From contig CAZAOK010000008.1 in NCBI GenBank assembly GCA_964486725.1, forward strand, positions 1 through 62,768: a stretch of 62,768 bases of DNA. Direction: 5' to 3'. The notes below the pieces were generated by a model, which was given only the letters and a program-made list of their open reading frames with translations, had not been told where the DNA came from and searched no databases. The position numbers were made by a program, and so were the translations under genes. Position 1 is the first letter of the stretch, and each line of letters begins with the position of its first letter. Positions 8,502 through 18,574 of the stretch are shown here, piece by piece. Origin of the DNA: an uncultured Leptospiraceae bacterium (GTDB lineage: Bacteria; Spirochaetota; UBA4802; UB4802).

Positions 8502-8783
8502 ATGCGGAAAAAAGAATACAAGTCCGGGACTTTTTGCATAGACATCGGATGTGCCCACCACAAGGCCCTGGAACCTTACAGCGGAGAAAAGTACATTGAG
8601 ATGAAGCATGAACTGTGCCGCGATTGTTACGCGTGGATGTTTTTCAACTGGCTTCAATCACATGAGTATCGAATAGTGAAGACCATCCCTGAGATCTCCT
8701 CGAAAGAACTTGCAGCACGCCTGAAAGGGATTGATCCGGTTAAGGTTGAAGACCTTACTGAAGATGAAATTCTGAGCCTGTAA
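8502..8783 (+). CDS. Small Cys/His-rich hypothetical protein
   Basis: SD gaggt before ATG 8502. CxxxxCxHH and CxxC motifs. Confidence 0.65.
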   Translation: MRKKEYKSGTFCIDIGCAHHKALEPYSGEKYIEMKHELCRDCYAWMFFNWLQSHEYRIVKTIPEISSKELAARLKGIDPVKVEDLTEDEILSL

Positions 8784-8843
8784 TGTAAAAAAGTTGCATT
8801 CCAGTTAAATAATTGTATAAGTGTGCTGATGTGATTAAATATA

Positions 8844-9908
8844 ATGATATCGACAGGTAAAATTTTAAAAATTGCAGCTGTTGGGGCCGGGCTATGTATA
8901 TCTGGCTTTATTTTTTGTATTGTAGTGGGGGGTGTTTTGGGGAAACCATCAAAAGGTGAACATATTTCCAGGTCACATGGTATACCGCATCATCTTGTTA
9001 TTGCTCACAGGGGCGCGTCATACATGGCTCCCGAAGAAACACGGCCCGCTTACGTGCTTGCCCGTGATATGGGTGCACATTACCTGGAAATGGATATACA
9101 AAGAACAAAGGACGGCACCCTTGTGGCCATACACGATAACGTTCTTGACAGGACAACCAACGTGGCCAGTGTTTTCCCGGGAAGAGAGAAGGATCCGGTC
9201 AGCAGCTTTACCATAGACGAGTTGAAGCAACTGGATGCCGGCACCTGGTTTAATATGCTCTACCCAGAAAAAGCGAATAAAATGTACGAGGGGGTGAAGA
9301 TCCTCACCCTTAATGAAATTATTGATATTGCTGAAGAAGCTGAGAACAGGCCGGGCCTGTACGTGGAAACAAAGTCAGCCGACCAGTTTCCCGGTATCGA
9401 AAAAGACCTTGTTCAGTTGTTTCAGAACAGGGGGTGGATAGGTGATTTGGGCGACGAAGAGATGGAGGACACGGGACAGGAACAGCCTTCCAACCTTGTT
9501 ACTGTGGGACTTGGCAGGGCCAGGATTATTTTTCAGTCATTTGATTTGAAAAGCCTGGTAAAGCTCAAAGAACTTGCCCCCGAAGTTCCCAGGATATACC
9601 TTGTAAGCAGGGACATGGAAAAAGAGCAGGGATGGACAAATATTATCAGTGACGCGAGGGAGACGTGTTCAGGTCTTGGGCCTGTGGGCTACCTGGGCTG
9701 GCCGTGGCACGTGGGAGAAGCACATAAAAACGGGCTGCTTATTCACCTGTATACCATCAATTCTCCCTGGCAATACTGGATTTTTTCAAAGTTCGGTGTT
9801 GACGGATTCTTTACAGACAGGTGCGATAAGCTAATGGCTTATTATGATATGATGCTTTATAAAACACCTGATACTATACTTGAATCCATCACTGATGGGT
9901 CACGTTGA
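8844..9908 (+). CDS. Glycerophosphodiester phosphodiesterase (GDPD family), N-terminal membrane anchor
   Basis: VIAHRGAS, APEET, ExDxxxTKDG...HD..LDRTT, IIFQSF, GVDGFFTD. Confidence 0.93.
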   Translation: MISTGKILKIAAVGAGLCISGFIFCIVVGGVLGKPSKGEHISRSHGIPHHLVIAHRGASYMAPEETRPAYVLARDMGAHYLEMDIQRTKDGTLVAIHDNVLDRTTNVASVFPGREKDPVSSFTIDELKQLDAGTWFNMLYPEKANKMYEGVKILTLNEIIDIAEEAENRPGLYVETKSADQFPGIEKDLVQLFQNRGWIGDLGDEEMEDTGQEQPSNLVTVGLGRARIIFQSFDLKSLVKLKELAPEVPRIYLVSRDMEKEQGWTNIISDARETCSGLGPVGYLGWPWHVGEAHKNGLLIHLYTINSPWQYWIFSKFGVDGFFTDRCDKLMAYYDMMLYKTPDTILESITDGSR

Positions 9909-9955
9909 AAAAGGTATTTACTCCTCACCCTGTCTAACCGATAGTAATATATATG

Positions 9956-10107
9956 GTGACTACTCAGCTATGACTAAAATATTGATCATTTACTTCATAA
10001 TGAAAAGAAATTTGTGCATCTCACCCCGCCGAAGGCGGGGGGAGATGCAGGATTATTATTCATTTTAGAATAATTTTGATTATTCAGCATGACAGTTGAG
10101 TAATTAC
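9956..10107. mobile_element. MITE copy 1 (152 bp) with imperfect TIRs and 8-bp TSD tatatatg
   Basis: Ends gtgactactcagct / agttgagtaattac. Flanks 9948-9955 and 10108-10115 are both tatatatg. Near-identical to 60556-60682. Confidence 0.88.
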
Positions 10108-10220
10108 TATATATGGTTATATCCTGTAACGGGTAAAACAGTTTCAATGGACTGCTGTATTTTGCTTGACTGGCCAATTTCAGTCTACTAAAACTTAAGT
10201 GCTATCTGTTTTCCTGTTAC

Positions 10221-10245
10221 CCTGCATGGAATATTTTCATGCAGG
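10221..10245. promoter_or_regulatory. 25-bp near-perfect palindrome upstream of the amidohydrolase operon
   Basis: cctgcatggaatattttcatgcagg, downstream of TTGACT (10166) N17 TAAAAC. Confidence 0.45.
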
Positions 10246-10270
10246 AATTTATTATAATGGAGAACTCAGT

Positions 10271-11497
10271 ATGGGTGAATGGGGAATAAACGGAGTAAGT
10301 ATTATAACACCTGAAAAGCATATTGACCGTGGTTCAGTGACGGTAAAAGATGATATTATTGAAAAGATCACAGAACAGTCACCCAAATCCATTTTCACAA
10401 TTGAAAGTGACGGGGTGTTATCTCCGGGCCTTATTAACAGCCATGACCACCTCCTGGGAACATATTATCCGAAAGTAGGCAACGGTCCCTACGAGAACTG
10501 GCTTCCCTGGGACAACGATTTAAAAAGTGCTCCCGTATACGAAGAACGACAGCAGGTGGATAACAGGGACCTGTATCTTCTGGGCGGGTATAGAAACCTG
10601 CTTTCAGGTGTTACATCGGTTTCAGATCATATTCCCCATTTCGTAAATGAACCCTTCCTCGACTTGTTGCCAACCAAGGTAATAAGGGATTATGCCCTGG
10701 CACATTCGGTGTCTTCTTTCGCACTGGCATGGGGGGATGGGATTACCGTAGAATATCAGAAGGCCATCAAAGAGAATATACCTTTCATAACGCATATTGC
10801 CGAGGGGTTTGATGATGAAACCGTAGAGGATGTGCGTACCCTGGATAGACTTGGCGGACTGGGAGATCATTCGGTACTGGTACATGGCCTTGCATTTTCA
10901 GATGATGATATCAAGCTGATAAAGAAACGCGGCGCTACAGTGGTATGGTGCGGAGATTCCAATACGTTCATGTTCAATACCACCGCAAGGGTGAAAAAAA
11001 TGCTGGATGAAGGGGTAAATGTCTGTATCGGAACAGATTCCCCCATGTCCGGTGGATTAAACCTCTTGTTCGAGATGAAATTTGACAGGGAGTATTACAG
11101 CAAAACATACGGTGAAGAACTTCCTGATGAACAGATAGTGAAGATGGTAACTTCCAATCCCTCCAGGGGATTCTGGTTACAGAACACAGGAATATTGCGG
11201 CATGGAAATCTTGCTGATCTGGTCATATTCAGAAAAAATGATAAAAATCCATACACCAGCGTGGTGAATGCTGAAATTGAAGATATTGAATTAATTGTAA
11301 TCAATGGAAGGCCGATGTACGGTAATGCGGAGCATAGTGAACTATTTGAATTTCTCAAGGTGCCATTCCAGGAGGTTGAAGTAAATGGTGAGCAGAAAAT
11401 AGTGGTAGGTGACCTGAAGGGCCTTCTCCGCAGGATCAGTAAGGCTGTTGGCTTTAAGAAAGAGTTTCCCTTTTTACCTGTAGCTTTTGAGGTTTAG
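10271..11497 (+). CDS. Metal-dependent amidohydrolase (deaminase-like, SsnA/COG0402 type)
   Basis: PGLINSHDH (HxH), HIAE (HxxE), VHG, GTDS metal ligands, G.LADLVI. Confidence 0.88.
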   Translation: MGEWGINGVSIITPEKHIDRGSVTVKDDIIEKITEQSPKSIFTIESDGVLSPGLINSHDHLLGTYYPKVGNGPYENWLPWDNDLKSAPVYEERQQVDNRDLYLLGGYRNLLSGVTSVSDHIPHFVNEPFLDLLPTKVIRDYALAHSVSSFALAWGDGITVEYQKAIKENIPFITHIAEGFDDETVEDVRTLDRLGGLGDHSVLVHGLAFSDDDIKLIKKRGATVVWCGDSNTFMFNTTARVKKMLDEGVNVCIGTDSPMSGGLNLLFEMKFDREYYSKTYGEELPDEQIVKMVTSNPSRGFWLQNTGILRHGNLADLVIFRKNDKNPYTSVVNAEIEDIELIVINGRPMYGNAEHSELFEFLKVPFQEVEVNGEQKIVVGDLKGLLRRISKAVGFKKEFPFLPVAFEV

Positions 11498-11513
11498 AAC
11501 TGGAGGAGTATAG

Positions 11514-12737
11514 ATGTCAAACGGCGGCACAAGCCCCGCATCGGGGATCATAACCCGGAGTTACAAACCCGGTTCTATTGTCTACTTCGAGAATGACAAG
11601 AGTGAATATATTTACGTGGTGAAGGCAGGACTGGTCATTCTCACTTCAACCAAGCCGGAAACCGGGGAAGAGATAAAGGAAGAGGTAAAACCCGGTGAAT
11701 TTTTTGGGGTGAAATCCTCACTGGGAAAATATCCCAGGGAAGAAACAGCACAGACTGTAAAAGAAACAGTTTGCCTCGTACTTACCCTCGCTGATTTTGA
11801 GCGTCTCATACTGAAAAATGTAAACGTGGTTGTGAAGATGCTTCGTATCTTCAGTAACCAGCTTCGTCGAATTGGAAGAACGGTTCGTGAAGTTCTCGGA
11901 GAATCAAATACGGTAAATCCTGAAATGGAACTTTTTAAAATCGGGGAATATTATTATCGTGTGGGCCGGTTTCAGCAGGCACTGTACGCATATAAAAGAT
12001 ACATGGAATATTACCCGGACACAAAGTACTCTGATGTTGCGATGAAACGCATTCGTGAAATTGACTCCGGCCGTGCGGAGGAGAACGTGGGTTCAGGGAT
12101 GTCAATGGATATGTCGGATGAACCGGGTGAACCGGATGTAAGGGAATCGGATGACGTTGATATGACTGATTTCAGTCTTGATGATTCGGGAGCGTCTTCA
12201 GGTGAAGATATGTTTCAGGATAGCAATGGAGGTGAAGACTCGATAGTAACTGAAATGGATGAGTTCCTCAGTGAGCCGGTTGACAGCGACCTGGAAAGTT
12301 TCAGTTTCGATGATGAACCTGCAGGTGAGACAGTATCAAAAGCCGACATAACAGAGAAGTTTTATGATGCCATGAGCAGTTTTTCCCAGGGTAATTTTGA
12401 AACCGCTAAAGATCTGTATGAGTCAATTCTTGAACAAAAGGATCTCAAGAATGATTCTGAAAAGAAAATATATGAAAAGGCTCATTTCGAAATTGGAAGA
12501 ACATACTATAAAATGAAAAAATACAAGGATGCAATGAATGCGTTCAGCCTTTTGCTAAAATCATTTCCAAAATCAGAAAATGTAAAAAGTGCATTATTAC
12601 ATATAGGTATGATTTTTTATGATAGCGGAAAAAATGATAAGGCCGGCACATATTTTCAAAAAGTCGCATCAATGGAGCCCAGAGACGAGGTTTCGAGAAA
12701 CGCGATGAAATATCTTAAGGCGCTGGAGAATAAATAA
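11514..12737 (+). CDS. Cyclic nucleotide-binding domain + TPR protein with acidic linker
   Basis: N-terminal cNMP fold (YIYVVKAGLV...PGEFFG...PREETA). TPR helices (LFKIGEYYY; AHFEIGRTYY; ALLHIGMIF). Confidence 0.85.
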   Translation: MSNGGTSPASGIITRSYKPGSIVYFENDKSEYIYVVKAGLVILTSTKPETGEEIKEEVKPGEFFGVKSSLGKYPREETAQTVKETVCLVLTLADFERLILKNVNVVVKMLRIFSNQLRRIGRTVREVLGESNTVNPEMELFKIGEYYYRVGRFQQALYAYKRYMEYYPDTKYSDVAMKRIREIDSGRAEENVGSGMSMDMSDEPGEPDVRESDDVDMTDFSLDDSGASSGEDMFQDSNGGEDSIVTEMDEFLSEPVDSDLESFSFDDEPAGETVSKADITEKFYDAMSSFSQGNFETAKDLYESILEQKDLKNDSEKKIYEKAHFEIGRTYYKMKKYKDAMNAFSLLLKSFPKSENVKSALLHIGMIFYDSGKNDKAGTYFQKVASMEPRDEVSRNAMKYLKALENK

Positions 12738-12752
12738 CATGCGGGTAACGTC

Positions 12753-13397
12753 ATGCTGATTGACGAAAAACTGTTCGATAAATTTGGTGTTGAATTCTCA
12801 CCTGGCGAAATCATATTTTGTGAATTTGAGCCTGGAAATGAATTCTACTTTATTCAATCCGGTAAGGTTGAAATAGTTAAAATTATAAATAACCGTGAAA
12901 AAACACTGGACATACTTGAAACCGGGGATGTATTTGGCGAGATGGCAATTCTTGAAGAGGAGCCCAGGTCGGCCTCTGCGATTGCGCTTGATCATGTAAA
13001 GGTGCTGCGTTTTCACAGGACAAACTTTGATACACTGCTTCATGGTAATCCGCAACTGGCTTATAAGCTTCTTGTTATTTTTTCCAAGCGGATTTATGAC
13101 GCGAAAAGACGTTTAATGATCTTACTTCTTGATGATCCGCAGGCAAAGGTTATGGATGTCATGAACATGCTTGCAGAACAGGATCCTCATATTGACATGC
13201 AGGAAGCGGTCACACTTCACATTACCATACAGGACGTGGCCAACTGGGCGGGAATGCAGGTAGCAGAAGTACAAAAAATATTGACACATTTAAATAAGCT
13301 TGGAAAAATTGAATTATTCAATGACAGGATAGTTGTCAGAAATATTAAGGACTTCCAGCGGCTTGTTAACACCCGCAGGAAAAATATGTATTCTTAG
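12753..13397 (+). CDS. Crp/Fnr-family transcriptional regulator
   Basis: [26 protein letters not shown]-terminal [11 protein letters not shown] wHTH. Confidence 0.9.
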   Translation: MLIDEKLFDKFGVEFSPGEIIFCEFEPGNEFYFIQSGKVEIVKIINNREKTLDILETGDVFGEMAILEEEPRSASAIALDHVKVLRFHRTNFDTLLHGNPQLAYKLLVIFSKRIYDAKRRLMILLLDDPQAKVMDVMNMLAEQDPHIDMQEAVTLHITIQDVANWAGMQVAEVQKILTHLNKLGKIELFNDRIVVRNIKDFQRLVNTRRKNMYS

Positions 13398-13404
13398 CAC
13401 ATCT

Positions 13405-13478
13405 GCTCCCGTAGCTCAGGTGGATAGAGCAGTAGTTTCCTAAACTATTGGCCAGAGGTTCGAGTCCTCTCGGGAGCG
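13405..13478 (+). tRNA. tRNA-Arg(CCT)
   Basis: Acceptor gctcccg/cgggagc, anticodon loop ttCCTaa, T-loop ggttcgagtcc. CCA is not encoded. Confidence 0.96.
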
Positions 13479-13492
13479 AAAAAAATTTAAAC

Positions 13493-13518
13493 TGGCGGGT
13501 TTTCCCGCTATTTTTTTT
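13493..13518 (+). terminator. Rho-independent terminator after tRNA-Arg
   Basis: tggcggg-tttt-cccgcta followed by a T8 run. Confidence 0.75.
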
Positions 13519-13535
13519 ATTATTGAGGAAATAGT

Positions 13536-14606
13536 ATGGAAAAGCGACTTGATCAGATAAAAGAGAAATTCAGACATATTGAAACACAGATGAGTGATCC
13601 CGGGGTCATAAGTGATCAACAGAAATTTAAACAGCTTTCACAGGAGCATTCACAGCTTGCTCCTGTGGTGAAGAAATATGATGAATACAAAAATACGAAA
13701 AAAGAACTGGAAGACTCCACGCAGCTTCTTGATGAAGAAAAAGACCCTGAAATGAAGAATATGCTTCATGAAGAGATTGATAAGCTGGAGAAAAACCTGG
13801 AGGAGCTGGAAGACGACCTCATGGTTATGCTTCTTCCAAAAGATCCCCACTCGGGGAAGGATGTGATGATTGAAATACGTGCAGGAACAGGGGGGGATGA
13901 GGCAGCCCTCTTTGCCACGAATCTTTACAGGATGTATTCCAGGTATGCTGATATAATGGGGTGGAAATGCGAGTTCATCGAGGGAAATTTAAATGAAATT
14001 GGTGGATACAAAGAGGTAATATTTTCTGTGCGGGGTGAAGATGCCTATGACAACCTTAAATTTGAATCAGGTGTTCACCGGGTGCAGCGTATACCTGAAA
14101 CTGAATCAGGTGGACGGATTCACACTTCGGCTGTTACCGTTGCGGTTATGGCTGAAGCAGAAGAAAATGAAATTGAGATCAACCCCGAAGATTTACGTAT
14201 TGACGTATACCGGTCTTCAGGTCACGGGGGACAGTCTGTAAATACAACGGATTCCGCGGTTCGAATAACTCATATACCCTCGGGGATGGTGGTTACCTGC
14301 CAGGATGAAAAATCACAGCTTAAAAATAAAACCAAGGCGCTTCGGGTTCTTCGGGCCAGGCTTTTCGAAAAATCGGAACAGGAAAGAATGGCCAGGGAAA
14401 GTGAACTGAGAAAATCACAGATTGGTTCAGGTGATAGAAGTGAACGTATACGTACATATAATTTCCCGCAATCAAGGGTAACAGATCACAGAATAAATCT
14501 CACCCTTCATTCATTGGAACAGGTGTTGAATGGAGACCTGGAGCCGGTTGTGCAGGCATTGAAGAAATATGAAACCGAGCAGCAATTGCGTGATGTTGAA
14601 AGGTAA
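13536..14606 (+). CDS. prfA: Peptide chain release factor 1
   Basis: [14 protein letters not shown] motif (RIPETES), GGQ, RTYNFPQ. Confidence 0.97.
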   Translation: MEKRLDQIKEKFRHIETQMSDPGVISDQQKFKQLSQEHSQLAPVVKKYDEYKNTKKELEDSTQLLDEEKDPEMKNMLHEEIDKLEKNLEELEDDLMVMLLPKDPHSGKDVMIEIRAGTGGDEAALFATNLYRMYSRYADIMGWKCEFIEGNLNEIGGYKEVIFSVRGEDAYDNLKFESGVHRVQRIPETESGGRIHTSAVTVAVMAEAEENEIEINPEDLRIDVYRSSGHGGQSVNTTDSAVRITHIPSGMVVTCQDEKSQLKNKTKALRVLRARLFEKSEQERMARESELRKSQIGSGDRSERIRTYNFPQSRVTDHRINLTLHSLEQVLNGDLEPVVQALKKYETEQQLRDVER

Positions 14607-14636
14607 TGAAATGTTCATTGTAAATGGTATATCGTG

Positions 14637-15473
14637 ATGAAGGCTGGAAACGTATTACAGGAGACTATTGATTTTTTAAAAAGTTCACTTACCCAGAGTC
14701 CGGTACTTGATGCTGAACTGATAGTTGAAGAAGTTACCGGTATACCCGGACATGAAATAAGAATTAATCCTGATGAAGATGTAAGCCGGCAGCAATATGA
14801 AAAAATATGTGATTATCGCCAGCGTCGCAAAGAATGTGAGCCGATGGCATATATTCTTGGCAGAAAAGAATTTTATTCTATTAACTTCAGGGTAAACAAT
14901 GATGTATTGATTCCCAGGCCGGAAACAGAACTTCTTGTTGACCTGGCAATTTATTATACTTCTCCCCATGGCAGACTGGTAGATATCGGTACTGGTTCAG
15001 GAGCCATTGCCATTGCAGTAAAGTGCAACCGTCCGGATATACAGGTGTATGCCTCGGATATTTCAGAAAGGGCCCTTAGTGTTGCTGAAAACAATGCTGA
15101 AACCATACTAGGTCCTGAACGGCAGATCGAATTGCATAAAGGATACCTCTTTGAACCATTTCGGGATCTCCGTTTTGATATGATCGTGAGTAACCCTCCA
15201 TATGTTGATCCTGCATTAAAGGAGTATTTGCAGAGAGACCTCGAATACGAACCACCGGAAGCTCTTTACTCCGCGGAGGGGGGCAGGGAAATCGCGACAA
15301 GACTTATAGAAGATGCCCGGGAAATGCTCAATGATGATGGCATGTTGTTGATCGAGATCAGTGAGTCAATGAGTGAGTACATTATTGAGAAGTCCACAGA
15401 GAACGGTTTTACTGTTTCAATATTTCAGGATTATTCAGGTTTGCCAAGAATAGCGGTGTTAAAAAATAAATAA
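14637..15473 (+). CDS. prmC: Release factor glutamine methyltransferase
   Basis: EPMAYILG, VLIPRPETE, DIGTGSG, SNPPY; follows prfA. Confidence 0.96.
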   Translation: MKAGNVLQETIDFLKSSLTQSPVLDAELIVEEVTGIPGHEIRINPDEDVSRQQYEKICDYRQRRKECEPMAYILGRKEFYSINFRVNNDVLIPRPETELLVDLAIYYTSPHGRLVDIGTGSGAIAIAVKCNRPDIQVYASDISERALSVAENNAETILGPERQIELHKGYLFEPFRDLRFDMIVSNPPYVDPALKEYLQRDLEYEPPEALYSAEGGREIATRLIEDAREMLNDDGMLLIEISESMSEYIIEKSTENGFTVSIFQDYSGLPRIAVLKNK

Positions 15474-15690
15474 AAAGATATTGAAAAAATAACCATATCA
15501 ACAATAATCTGCCCGGTTTATAGTTAATAATTACATTATTACGTGTTTTTATTTATGTTTTCGGTTTTTTAATCGATACATTAATAACAGGATTGTATAA
15601 GAAATACAAATCCCCGGCTTCGTTACATGATACATTGTTAACATGGTGTTATAATTCAATGAGAGTGCTATTTCTGGAGCAGGTTGCCTT

Positions 15691-16632
15691 ATGATAGGAA
15701 AGCAGGATGAATTTTTACATGATTCAGATAAAACGGATAATCATGTAGAATCCTACAAGGTCTCCTTTGTAAGCAAGAAGGATAAACTGTATGGAGTAAG
15801 TGAATTTATATGGCTCTCGAAACAAAATGTGATAGGGTTTGAGTGGAGTATTATTTTTAATGAACTCCAATTCCAATATGAAAACAGTATGCAACTTGAT
15901 GGGAAATTGCCTCAAAAAGTTTTTACAGACAATAATTTTAAATATAAAATCGTAAAACCCCTTGAAAAATTTGAGTTAAAACTGCAAAATTCTGAAATTA
16001 CAACTGATCTCATGATAAAGGGAATGTACCCGTATTATGATTTTATCCCTGATCAGTTTGATAGTTCTGAGAGTAGTGAACAACTGCAGAATACACGGTT
16101 GTGGAACTGCTATGGTCAGCGTTGCCGGGTAAGTGGTGAATTGCAGTTCAAGAAGGGCCCTCAGAAGGGTGCAACTAAAAAGATAGATTGCATTGGTTTC
16201 AGGGAGCATACATGGGGCGATATTTTTATGCCTGGTATCAGTTCAAGAAGCAGGATTACCGCTCATTTCAGGGATATGACAATTGACATGACCTACCTTG
16301 ATCTTGAGGGGAATATATATTCACATGGATTCATTTCAAAAAAATCAGGTAATATTGGTATCGTTAACATTGAAATGGAGCTTGTTACATTTACAAGGGG
16401 ACAAAAAATTCCCTGCTCAACAGAATTTTCATACAAAGACACACAGGATGATATTGACCTCCTTGTCTCAAAGGCACTACACTCTGAAGAGTTGTCGGTT
16501 GATAAAAAAATGAAGAAAAAGTATATACGTTTTCGAAACTTTTCAGATTTCACCATTATAGGTACAAATAAAAAAGGTGTTGGAGTTGAAGAACACCTGA
16601 TATCAATTGAAAAGCTGAAAAGCCTGGAATAG
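15691..16632 (+). CDS. Hypothetical protein (possible AttH/CrtC-like beta fold)
   Basis: 313-aa ORF with SD ggag, beta-rich, GFREHTWG motif. Confidence 0.6.
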   Translation: MIGKQDEFLHDSDKTDNHVESYKVSFVSKKDKLYGVSEFIWLSKQNVIGFEWSIIFNELQFQYENSMQLDGKLPQKVFTDNNFKYKIVKPLEKFELKLQNSEITTDLMIKGMYPYYDFIPDQFDSSESSEQLQNTRLWNCYGQRCRVSGELQFKKGPQKGATKKIDCIGFREHTWGDIFMPGISSRSRITAHFRDMTIDMTYLDLEGNIYSHGFISKKSGNIGIVNIEMELVTFTRGQKIPCSTEFSYKDTQDDIDLLVSKALHSEELSVDKKMKKKYIRFRNFSDFTIIGTNKKGVGVEEHLISIEKLKSLE

Positions 16633-17982
16633 ATGGTTGTAAAGATGCCCCTTTCAATACTAAAAGACCTTGTTCGTCGGTTGATTCCCTTCCTGGTTAT
16701 ACTCGGATTGTTATTGATATATACCGCGTATTTCAACATGCATTACCAGTGGTATGGTATATCTCTGGTAACCCGCGCGTATGTTTTCATGTTGGCATTT
16801 TATATTATTTTTAATTACGCATCAATAGATATTGAAGAGAGGCGTGAAGCATACATTTCCGCTTTTGGGAAAACAGGTGACTGGAGGCTGTTCTTCCATT
16901 CACGGGTGCTCCCTTTTATCGTTATTTTCCTCATGACTGTTTTATACGCTTTTACCGAATATACTGATTCAAAGAACTGGCTCATGAATTCAGTTCTGGC
17001 TTTGCTGGATGGTGAATTCGCAAACATAATCTATTATTCATTGCTTTTATTGCTGGTGTTAAAACTAAAAAAAAACCCTGGTATTACAGTTCCATTGTTT
17101 GTCATTTTGTCAGTATCATTTTATTTCATCGATCAACTTGCGTATGAATCGGTTCAGGGCGGGGCGGGCATCCTGGTACTGAAACTCCTGAAGGTAATAA
17201 TCTTGATCTATTTCCTCCTGTTTGAATATTTTTCCGATAGTATATCATACACGATTAAAGGATTTATTGCTGTTATAGTAAGTGGTCTCATGGTCTCTTT
17301 TTCTGCAGGGGTGCTGCACCTGGTATACGTTCAGGCTTCCCGGGGCCATCAGGCAAAAATTCAAGCAGGATTTATGTTAATGAAATACGGGTTTGCGTAT
17401 CCGATGTCCTACCTGCAGCAGAAAATATTAAATGACCCTGATTACAAGGAATTCGCAAGGCTGCTTGAGTATGCTGAATATGCTGATACTGATTTTACGT
17501 ATTCACCGGAAGAGTGGAAATCCCTTTTGTTTGCTCAGAATGTGCATATGGCAGACCTGGTGTCACGTTATCTTCTTCACGAGCATGTGATACTCAGTTA
17601 TACACAACTGGTCAGATACGCAACCGAGAAATCTGAATCACCAGATGAAAAACTTGAAGCAGCTACAAATTTTGTGAAGCTTACATCCAGGTATTGTGAC
17701 GGGAATGAACAGGACCTGATGAACAGGATAAAAAGAGGCAATGAACACTTCACACTATGGGGTCTTGCCGTGATAGCACAACACCGAAAGATAGTGTATG
17801 TACCATTTTTAATCGACTACCTTACCCATATAGAGAGTATATATGAAAACGCCGCCTATGGTGCCCTTGTCGCGATTACAGGTAAAGATCCTGCAGGTGA
17901 GTTTAACCGACAGGTGAATGACCCGGGTACAATACTATTTTTCAGGGATTATTATTTACAAAATCGCAATAGCGATATATAG
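16633..17982 (+). CDS. Hypothetical multi-pass membrane protein with helical (HEAT-like) C-terminal domain
   Basis: 449-aa ORF with about 7 hydrophobic segments. C-terminal 'VPFLIDYL....AAYGALVAITG'. Confidence 0.7.
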   Translation: MVVKMPLSILKDLVRRLIPFLVILGLLLIYTAYFNMHYQWYGISLVTRAYVFMLAFYIIFNYASIDIEERREAYISAFGKTGDWRLFFHSRVLPFIVIFLMTVLYAFTEYTDSKNWLMNSVLALLDGEFANIIYYSLLLLLVLKLKKNPGITVPLFVILSVSFYFIDQLAYESVQGGAGILVLKLLKVIILIYFLLFEYFSDSISYTIKGFIAVIVSGLMVSFSAGVLHLVYVQASRGHQAKIQAGFMLMKYGFAYPMSYLQQKILNDPDYKEFARLLEYAEYADTDFTYSPEEWKSLLFAQNVHMADLVSRYLLHEHVILSYTQLVRYATEKSESPDEKLEAATNFVKLTSRYCDGNEQDLMNRIKRGNEHFTLWGLAVIAQHRKIVYVPFLIDYLTHIESIYENAAYGALVAITGKDPAGEFNRQVNDPGTILFFRDYYLQNRNSDI

Positions 17983-18574
17983 GACAGCTGTCACATAACG
18001 GTTTTCGTGACACGCAAATATGTCTGCCGTGGGTAATAAAAAGAACATGGCTTTCTATCCAGTACTCTTCAGCGATCATAAGGGCAAGAGCCCTTTCCAC
18101 CTCTACGGGATTCGTTGAAGTAGTGTATCCAATTCTTTTGCTCACCCGCATCACGTGGGTGTCAACAGGTATTGCGGGGATGCCAAATCCAAAAGCCCTG
18201 ACCACCTGCGCTGATTTTCTACCTACACCTGGTAAAAAGGTGAGATCTTCCAGCGCATCCGGCACTATCCCATTGTATTTTGACAGGATCATTCTGGACA
18301 GCATGACGATGTTTTTAGCTTTATTGCGATAAAATCCGGTTGATTTTATTATGATCTCAATATCAGCGATCTCAGCATGGGCCAGGCTTTGGAAATCAGG
18401 GTATTCCTGGAAAAGAACAGGAGTAACAGTATTTACCTGTTTGTCAGTTGTCTGGGCTGATAATACAACGGAAATCAGCAGTTGATACAGGTTTTTGTAA
18501 TGGAGGCCGGGCTCAACATGACCATATGTTTCCCTGAGAATGTTGAGTATGGTTGATGAAAGTTCTTGTTTCAT
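17942..18574 (-). CDS. nth: Endonuclease III
   Basis: LSAQTTDKQVN, HhH LPGVGRKSA, PVDTHV, CxxxxxxCxxCxxxxxC 4Fe-4S motif. Confidence 0.95.
   Translation of the reverse strand: MKQELSSTILNILRETYGHVEPGLHYKNLYQLLISVVLSAQTTDKQVNTVTPVLFQEYPDFQSLAHAEIADIEIIIKSTGFYRNKAKNIVMLSRMILSKYNGIVPDALEDLTFLPGVGRKSAQVVRAFGFGIPAIPVDTHVMRVSKRIGYTTSTNPVEVERALALMIAEEYWIESHVLFITHGRHICVSRKPLCDSCPIYRYCDFVNNNP

Noticed and set aside
9880-10177. Short ORFs 9880-10068 (+) and 9995-10177 (-)
   Set aside because: They run through the MITE and are not preserved as such in the second copy.
13405-13518. tRNA-Arg or tRNA-Thr as an island integration site
   Set aside because: I saw no duplicated tRNA 3' end or integrase, and the flanking genes are housekeeping.
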